Made by a program: the position numbers and the translations under genes. From Chiloscyllium plagiosum (taxonomy: Eukaryota): DNA of 28,926 bases. The stretch covers positions 14,363,742 to 14,392,667 of the forward strand of contig NC_057718.1 in assembly GCF_004010195.1 (NCBI RefSeq). Direction: 5' to 3'. Each line of letters starts with the position of its first letter. The stretch's first letter is position 1. The notes under the pieces were generated by a model. It was not told the origin of the DNA. It saw nothing but the letters and a program-made list of their open reading frames with translations, and did not search any database. Shown here one piece after another: positions 21,479 through 28,926 of the stretch.

Positions 21479-21881
21479 CTGTGTTTGCAATTGCACAAGG
21501 AGTTCTGGAGAAGGGTCACCTGACCCAAAACGTTAACTCTGATTTCTCTCCACAGATGCTGCCAGATCTGCTGAGGTTTTACAGAAATTTCTTATTTCTA
21601 GCATCTGCAGTTCTTTGTTTATTTTTTCATCTTTACATTAAATTCCTTCAATGGGAGTCACAGTTTCAGGAGCAGAGTTTCTGTGTTTGCAATTGCACAA
21701 GGAGTTCTGGAGAAGGGTCACCTGCCCCAAACGTTAACTCTGATTTCTCTCCACAGATGCTGCCAGATCTGCTGAGGTTTTACAGAAATTTCTCATTTCT
21801 AGCATCTGCAGTTCTTTGTTTATTTTTTCATCTTTACATTAAATTCCTTCAATGGGAGTCACAGTTTCAGGAGCAGAGTTT
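21479..21881 (+). repeat. Tandem duplication of a ~202-bp unit containing a PLE terminal repeat
   Basis: 21479-21680 and 21681-21881 differ only at cctgacccaaaacg/cctgccccaaacg and ttcttattt/ttctcattt. Confidence 0.93.
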
Positions 21882-21889
21882 ATTAGGGA

Positions 21890-22060
21890 CAGAAGTGAGG
21901 GGAGTTTTTTTGACCTCAAATGGTTATGAATCTTTGGAATTCTGTACTGCAGCAGGGAACGGAGTCACCGTCATTGAAGATATTTAAAGCAGGAATGGAC
22001 AGATGTTTGGTCTTACAGTGGATATGATGAGCAGCGGGAATGTGGGTTTTGAGACCAGAG
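21890..22060 (+). mobile_element. Decayed CR1 3' fragment
   Basis: ggacagaagtgagggg...tttttt...atctttggaattct...atatttaaagcagga parallels 24895-25070. Confidence 0.6.
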
Positions 22061-22066
22061 GTGGAT

Positions 22067-22402
22067 GGCACGGTGGGTCAGTGGTTAGCACTACTGCCTC
22101 AGAGTGCAAGGGACCTGGGTTCGATTCCACCCTCTGAATGGAGTTTGCACATTCTCCCCATGTCTGTGTGGGTTTCCTCCAGGTGCTCCAGTTTCCTCCC
22201 ACAGTTCAAAGATGTGCAGGTTCGGTGAATTGGCCATGCTAAATTGCCCGTAGTGTTCAGGGATGTGTAGGTTAGGTGCATTAGTCAGGGGTGAATGTAG
22301 AGTAATAGGGTAGGTGAATAAGTCTGCGTGGGCTACTCTTCAGAGGGCCATTGTGGACTTGTTGGGCCGAAGGGCCTGTTTGCACGCTGTAGGGATTCTA
22401 TG
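22067..22402 (+). mobile_element. Full-length tRNA-derived SINE (HE1-like)
   Basis: Head ggcacggtgggtcagtggttagcac, B box ggttcgattcc, core, and tail tgtagggattctatg. Confidence 0.9.
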
Positions 22403-22544
22403 AATTCGATATTGAACAGCAAACCAGTCTTCAGGGCTTTACAATGGAAATCCTGCTGTTGTTTCTTATGGTCAGCCCTATTTAACATTGAAGAAGTGGG
22501 CTCCTGCGCTAGCCAGCCACCTGAATGCCCACGTCTTTGAAACA

Positions 22545-22800
22545 GCCGGGGTGCTCAGCGGTGGCTCACTTAGTTTAAAGTCCCACTCAGCACAGAGACT
22601 CAGTCTATGCTGTCCTCGGTGCCTTTATTCCTGATGGGAAACTGAAGGGAGCCTCATCTGCCTGCCTGGGTAGCTGTGAAAGATTCCACAGTGCCAATTT
22701 AATGACCAGCGTGGGAGTTAACCCCCAGTGTTGTGGCCAATATAAATCTCACACTCAGCATCATGATTATCTGGACATTGTCCCGTTGTTGTTTGTGTGA
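22545..22800 (+). mobile_element. Ancient Deu-domain SINE remnant (SacSINE1/AmnSINE1-like)
   Basis: aaagattccacagtgcc...gggagttaacccccagtgttgtggccaatataaatc...gattatctggacattgtcccgttgttgtttgtg resembles the recalled Deu-domain consensus. It is also reverse-similar to 27200-27450. Confidence 0.6.
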
Positions 22801-23444
22801 AAATAGAATCCCCTGCACTGATCCAGGCCCATGTTCACACTCTCTTGTGTTGGAATCTCCCAGCTTTGCTCACTCCACGTGACAGCATTGATTTAATGTA
22901 CTCAGCAATTTGCATCACATACATTCCCGTAGGATCAATAATTAGGTTTATGTGTCCCAGTGCCCATTTAAAATCAAGAACACTTGACACTTTGTTCATC
23001 ACTTGACCTTATTCCAATCTGTATGTTTTCTCCTTTAACCAGGCTCCCTTGCCACTTCTGATTGGGTAAAGCTGGAACCCAAATATTTGCATCAATTTAG
23101 ATTTTTTTCCCCATCTTGCTTCTCCACTTGGATCCATGGTGATTCCAACTAAAGGAGCTTCAGGATTAAGCTTCAAGATTAACCCCCCAACCTCCCTGTC
23201 GCCCAGCCCCACTCCATTCACAGCTACATAACAAGCTGAAACAGTCTACAACATTCTGCCAATGGCTTGCCTTTACAAACACACAGACAGGAATATTCCT
23301 GGCAATCTTCTGCTGGAACTTTAAAAATACTGTCATTAATATTACACTAGTTGTTCAGTCACTCTCCCTTGTATGAAACTAAATGCTCTTGTAACAAAAT
23401 GCTTGACTATAGACTAAATTCAGATCAACACCAAAATGTTCAAC

Positions 23445-23980
23445 GTGCAATTCTGCCCTCCCTCCCACAGGAAGGATATGGTGAAACTTGAAAGGGGTTA
23501 GAAAAGATTTACAAGGATGTTGCCAGGGTTGGAGGATTTGAGCTCGAGGCTGAATAGGCTGGGGCTGTTTTCCCTGGAGCATCGGAGGCTGAGGGGTGAA
23601 ATTATAGAGGTTTATAAAATCATGAGGCGCATGCTTAGGGTAAATAGACAAAGTCTTTTCTCTGGGGTCAGGGAGTACAGAACTAGAGGGCATTGGTTTA
23701 GGGTGGGAGGGGAAAGATTTAAAAGGGACCTAGGGGCAACCTTTTAATGCAGAGGGTGGTGCGTGTATGGAATGAGCTGCCAGAGGATGTGGTGGAGGCT
23801 GGTACAATTACAGCATTTGAAAGGCACTTGGGTGGTATTGTGAATAGGAAGAGTTTAGAGGGATATGGGCCAAGTGCTGCAAATGGGACTAGATTAATTT
23901 AGGATATCTGATCAGTGTGGACAAGTTGGACCAAAGGGTCTGTTTCCACGCTGTACGTCTCTATGACTCTCATGACTGTA
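23445..23980 (+). mobile_element. CR1 LINE 3' fragment with 3' UTR
   Basis: MLPGLEDLS...RLNRLGLFSLEHRRLRGEIIEVYKIM, with a tail similar to 9590-9696. Confidence 0.92.
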
Positions 23981-24109
23981 AGTGTTCACAGTCTTGTTAA
24001 TCTGAAGAGTGCCCCAGTCCTATTACTTTGAATTGAATTACAAGGACTAATATAATGACAATCAACCAGGCTTCCTCGGGCTTGGTAACAAATGGAATCT
24101 GCTCTTTTC

Positions 24110-24335
24110 TTATTCTTTATTCCTTCTGAGAATGTTGGCATCATTGGCTGGATCAGAAATTGTGGCCCATCCCTAATTATCCTTAAACTGAGTGGCTGGG
24201 CAGTTTGCTGTGGGTCTGGAGTCACATGTAGGCCAGACCAGGTAAGGACAGCACATTTCCTCCCTGACAAGAACCAGATGGACCTTTACAATTGATGAGG
24301 GTTGTCATGGTCACCATTACCGAGATGACCTTTCA
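24110..24335 (-). mobile_element. SINE fragment (Meta-domain-like) with a tail resembling the Zenon-like LINE end
   Basis: Core ttgctgtgggtctggagtcacatgtaggccagaccaggtaagga. 24117-24185 resembles 6775-6842. Confidence 0.6.
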
Positions 24336-24406
24336 GAACCCTCAAGATTCTTTACAGTCAATGAAGCACCTTTGAGTTGCACGGCTATCAACAGTACCAC
24401 TGTTAG

Positions 24407-26860
24407 TTATTTATTGCAAAAATATACTTCATAAAAATAAACCTTTATGTACATGTACAGTTAATGAAGCCGTTCAGATCTATACTGTCTTTACTTACAG
24501 AGAACAAATTAAGCTTTGATGTTTTCTTATCTCAAGGGGGTTGGAATATAAAAGCAGAGATGTACTACTGAGACTTTATAAAGCTCTGGTTAGGCCCCAT
24601 TTGGAGTACTGTGTCCAGTTTTGGTCCCCACACCTCAGGAAGGACATACTGGCACTGGAACGTGTCCAGCGGAGATTCACACAGATGATCCCTGGAATGA
24701 CAGGTCTAACATATGAGGAACGGCTGAGGATACTGGGATTGTATTCGTTGGAGTTTAGAAGATTAAGGGGAGACTTAATAGAGACGTACAAAATAATACA
24801 TGGCTTGGAAAAGGTGGATGCTAGGAAATTGTTTCCGTTAGACGAGGAGACTAGGACCCGTGGACACAGCCTTAGAATTAGAGGGGGTCATTTCAGAACA
24901 GATATGCGGAGACATTTCTTCAGCCAGAGAGTGGTGGGCCTGTGGAATTCATTGCCACGGAGTGCAGTGGAAGCCGGGACGCTAAATGTCTTCAAGGCCG
25001 AGATTGATAGATTCTTGTTGTCTAGAGGAATTAAGGGCTACGGGGAGAACGCTGGTAAGTGGAGCTGAAATGCACATCAGCCATGATTGAATGGCGGAGT
25101 GGACTCGATGGGCCGAATGGCCTTACTTCCACTTCTATGTCTTATGGTCTTATGGTCTTCACCATTCTCTATATTTGCAATTAACCTCTTGGCATTTAGC
25201 TGAGGCATCAGCAGGGCTCAATTACTGAATGGACCCCAGTTATGTTTTGAACAGAAGAACCTTACAGCCTTGGCAGCGGCTGCCCCAAGCTCTGGTGTGT
25301 CCCTCAGCATGTAGTCCTGGAGCTTGGAATGTGCCAGTCTCCAACACTCAGTCGGCGTCAATTCCTTCAGCTGGAAAATCAACAGGTTTTGGGCAGACCA
25401 AAGAGCGTCTTTTACCAAGTTGATGGTCCTCCAGGCGGTATGCGTCCCGGGGAACAGGCCGTAGAGCACGGAGTCCCGCGTCACGGAGCTGCTCGGGACG
25501 AACCTCGACAAACACCACTGCATTCCTCTCCAGTCTTCCTTCGCGTAGGCACATTCCAGAAGGAGGTGTGTGACAGTCTCGTCCCCCACCGCAGCCGCTT
25601 CGAGGACAGCGTGCAGTGGGGCAGAGAGTCCGGGCGTGCATAAATGATCTCACAGGCAGAGCCCTTCTCACCACCAGCCAAGCCATGTCTTGGTGCTTGT
25701 TGGAAAGTTCTGGCGATGAGACATTCTGCCATATGACTTTGACAGTTTGCTCAGGGAACCGCTTGATAGGATCAGCCCTCTTCTTCTCCTGAAGGGTCTG
25801 AAGGATGCTACATGCTGACCATTTCCTGATGAACTTTTATTCGAAGGTGTTTTCCTTCACAAATTTCTCCACGAAGGACAGCTGATATGGAACGGTCCAA
25901 CTACTCTGAGCGTTCCGCAGCAATGAGGCCAGGCCCATCCTTTGCAACACTGGGGATAGGTAGAACCTCAGTACGTAGTGACACTTAGTGTTTGTGTACT
26001 GGGGATCCATGCACAGCCTGATGCAGCCACACATGAAGGTGTCCATCAGGGTGAGGGTAGCGTCGGGTGTGTTCCCTCCCCCTTTGTCCAGATCCTTATA
26101 TGAGATGTCACTTCAGACACGGTCCACCTTCAACCTTCAAATGAAGTAAGGGATGGCCCGGGTGTGGGGAATGGGCCAGACCTGTGCCACGTACAACAAC
26201 ACTGAGAGTACTTCACAACTGATGACCAGGCTTTTACCTGCAAAGTTGAGCGACCAGTGCTCCCATCTGCACAGTTTCTGCCTCACTTTGGTGACACGCT
26301 CCTCCCAAGACTTGGTGCACGCTCCAGCCCCTCCAGCACCTTCAGGTGGCCTATCCTGTTGGTGAAGGGGATAAAGGATTGGTCGGCCCAGATTCCAAAG
26401 GGCATTGCTTTGCTCTTACCTCCGCTCCCGAGGCCCATTCAAACTGGTCACAGATGCACGAGTCTGTGCACTGACAGTGGATTTGGGCAGAAAACGGCAA
26501 CATCATCCATGTACAGGGAGGCCTTAACCTATAGGCCCCTGCTGCCAAGAATAGTCACCCCTCTCAGGGTCACATCCTTCCTGATGGACCTGGCAAATGG
26601 CTCTATACAGCACACAAACAAGGCAGGAGAGAGAGGGCAGCCCTGCCTGACTGCAGATCTGACTGGGAAGCTGTCTGATTCTCACCTGTTGATTGAGACT
26701 ATGCTAACGACGTTAGTGTAAAGCAGTCGGATCCGATTGCAGATTCTCTCCCCAAAGCCCATTTTGGACAGAATGTCTCTCATGTACGTGTGCAATCTCC
26801 TGTCGAAGGCTTTCTCCTGGTCCAGGCTGATGAGGCAAGTGTCCACCCCACTGTCCACAG
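24407..26860 (-). mobile_element. 5'-truncated L1/Tx1-clade LINE (RT plus C-terminal zinc knuckle), pseudogenised and interrupted by CR1
   Basis: Minus strand shows CLISLDQEKAFDR (~26800-26840), VRQGCPLSPALFVCCIEPF (~26595-26651), LYMDD (~26502-26517), and CPRSGCGG/DETVTHLLLEC (~25555-25610). The A-rich 3' end with aataaa lies at ~24407-24417. Multiple frameshifts. Confidence 0.88.
24529..25158 (+). mobile_element. Young CR1 LINE 3' fragment with uninterrupted ORF2 C-terminus
   Basis: The 175-aa ORF 24541-25068 (LYKALVRPHLEYCVQFWSP...WNSLP) has no stops, and the 3' tail is (tcttatgg)n. Confidence 0.95.
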
Positions 26861-26894
26861 TTGTTAGATGTGAACATGGCTACCGATTTTTTTT

Positions 26895-27191
26895 TTAGAT
26901 TCCCTACAATGTGGAAACAGGCCCTTCGGCCCAAGAAGTTCACACTAACCCTCCGAAGAATAACCCACCCTGACCCATTTCCCTCTGGCTAATGGGCGAG
27001 TTAGCACGGCCAATTCAGCTGACCTGCACATCTTTGGACTGTGGGAGGAAACTGGAGCACCCGGAGGATACTCCAAGCAGATACGGGGAGAATGTGCAAA
27101 CTCCACACAGACAGTCACCCGAGGCTGGAATCGAACCTGGATCCCTGGTGCTGTGAGGCAACAGTGCTAACCACTGAGTGACCATGTCGCC
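26895..27191 (-). mobile_element. tRNA-derived SINE (HE1-like)
   Basis: Reverse complement of the family at 15044-15358. Confidence 0.9.
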
Positions 27192-27452
27192 TGTTGTTTA
27201 CTGGGTACTCCCACAGACAGCAAATGTGTTGATGATCAGATCATCTATTTCAGTCCTGTTGGAACAAGAATAAATGTTGGTCAAAGCTCCAGTGGAGCGA
27301 AGGGGTGCAGTGGCCTTCCTGTGCTGTTCCTCACATGTTGCTATGGAAACAACCTGACAGGGAGAATGGAGGCCTCTGTTCAATGTCTCAGTCTGAAAGA
27401 TGGCACCTGCAGCAGTGACGCACTCGCTCAGGACCTGCACCAGAGTGTCAGC
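27192..27452 (-). mobile_element. Ancient Deu-domain SINE remnant (5' part; continues at 26861-26890 and 24340-24406)
   Basis: ctcccacagacagcaaatg...gatcagatcatct...ataaatgttggtca...aatgtctcagtctgaaagatggcacctgcagcagtg...gagtgtcagc resembles the reverse complement of the recalled Deu-SINE consensus. Confidence 0.65.
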
Positions 27453-27519
27453 TTCGGCTGAAATCCCTGAACTATATCAGGAAGGTTGTCTTGTGTCCCG
27501 AGGACCAGAAGGTCAGAGT

Positions 27520-27667
27520 ATGAAAGCAGAAATATATTGAAGGGAAGTTGGATAAGTACATGAGTGAGGGAAGAAGGGAAGGGTGAGCTGAGGTAAGGTG
27601 GGGGGAGGGGGGGAGGTTTGTGCCAGAATCTAGCTTTTGGGCCAAATGGCCTGTTTCTCTGCTGTAA
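27520..27667 (+). mobile_element. Decayed CR1 3' end
   Basis: aagggaagttggataagtacatgag...tgggccaaatggcctgtttctctgctgtaa. Confidence 0.55.
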
Positions 27668-28463
27668 AAGTGAGATATTACCATCCTTCTGATGAAGAGT
27701 TACGACGTCAAGCACTGGATTTCTTGGTCATGTGACTATTTGTGAGCCAATTCTACAATTACCAATTCCGAAGGAGACTGAATTCCTTTATAAAGGAGAC
27801 TCTGGGGAAATGGATGGCTCCAGATCTGTGTCTGTAGAAAACCAGAGACAACTCCACCTGAACATAGCAATGCAGGAGTAGGAGTGGGCCATTCAGCCCC
27901 TTCATCCTCTCTCACTGGTCCATTGACTGAGCCGAGCTTGGGTACCTTTGTCAAATAACCAAAACACAAAAGGAAACTGTGGAACAGCAGAGGCCACTGA
28001 CTCACTAAGGCTATCAGAATCCCACAGCAACTTTTCTCAAATTAAACAATCTCCAAAATGATATGTCAGAGCACAGTTCCAGTGTCTAGGATGGGTTATT
28101 CGATTATCCCTGATCCTTGAAGTTATAATCTGAAGAAAGAAAGACTTTAATATAGTGCCATTCAGCAGACGAAAGCCAAGGCTTGGATCATTACATTCTA
28201 ATTACTACTTTGTGACAAACTGGAGTTGGTACTGTATGACAATGCCAGGTTGTCATCTGGAAATAGAATTTAGAACAGTACAGCAAGGGAACAGGTCAGA
28301 TCCCAGGGTGATTGAAAAAAGAAAAACTTTGTTAAAATTTGAAGTTAGTCACATGTAGGGATGTTCCAGAGTTATTACTAATATAAATTTTCACCTTTCA
28401 GCATTCTAATGCAAGGTTATTGACTTAAAATATCAATATTACATCCCTCAGCAGATGCCTCTT

Positions 28464-28776
28464 GAATCATAGAGTCCTTACAGTGTGGAAACAGGACATT
28501 TGGCCCAACAAGTCCACAACAACACCCTGAAGAGTATCCCTCAGAGACTCATTCCCCAACATTTACCCTTGACTAATGCATCGAACCAACACATCCCTGA
28601 ACACTGCAGGGTAATTTAACATGGCCAATATACCTAACCCGCACATCTTTGGATTGTGGAAGGAAATCCATGCAGACACAGAGAGAATGTGCAAACTCCA
28701 CAGAGTCACCTGAGACTAGAATCGAACCTGGGTCCCTGGTGCTGTGAGGTAGTAGTGCTGGCCACTGAGCCACCAT
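28464..28776 (-). mobile_element. tRNA-derived SINE (HE1-like)
   Basis: Reverse complement of the family at 22067-22402. Confidence 0.88.
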
Positions 28777-28780
28777 GGTA

Positions 28781-28926
28781 AAAACAATGACTACAGATGC
28801 TGGAAACCAGATTCTGGATCAGTGGTGCTGGAAGAGCACAGCAGTTCAGGCAGCATCCGAGGACAGGCAAAATCGACGTTTCGGGCAAAAGCCTTTCATC
28901 AGGAATAAAGGCAGAGAGCCTGAAGC
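28781..28926 (-). mobile_element. Penelope-like terminal repeat running off the window end
   Basis: cagatgctgg...gctggaagagcacagcagttcaggcagcatccgagga...tcgacgtttcgggcaaaagcctttcatcagg. Minus strand reads CTGATGAAaggcttttgcccGAAACgtcga. Confidence 0.8.

Noticed and set aside
21463..21987. 174-aa ORF with internal repeat
   Set aside because: It is a by-product of the ~202-bp tandem duplication and adjacent repeats, with no splice or protein-family support.
24541..25068. Intact 175-aa protein-coding gene or active retrotransposon
   Set aside because: It is the 3' end of a 5'-truncated CR1 ORF2 lacking the endonuclease and RT core. It is open only because the copy is young.

Overview
This is vertebrate genomic DNA, most likely from a shark or other elasmobranch judging by its repeat families (inference). 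It has three assembly gaps (7803-7850, 12341-12509, 17946-18595). The only host coding sequence is five consecutive internal + strand exons of the kinesin-11 gene KIF26B (8281-8487, 11926-12019, 13411-13673, 14509-14692, 16221-16380). All have GT-AG boundaries, compatible phases and 908 nt in total, and they encode most of the divergent motor domain. The flanking exons were not found in the window. The rest is intron filled with transposon remnants: CR1 LINE fragments, a Zenon-like LINE, an L1/Tx1 LINE, tRNA-derived HE1-like SINEs, older Deu-domain and Meta-domain-like SINEs, and many Penelope-like element (PLE) derivatives. There is also a 34-bp minisatellite, a C-rich degenerate repeat and a ~202-bp tandem duplication. 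The most interesting non-coding signal is a set of PLE terminal repeats carrying minimal hammerhead-ribozyme-like cores with covarying stem II. Several of these occur as short fold-back (palindromic) insertions, two of them with apparent target-site duplications. I found no convincing evidence of a wholly new biological system. Repeat family names come from recalled consensus features, not from database searches.
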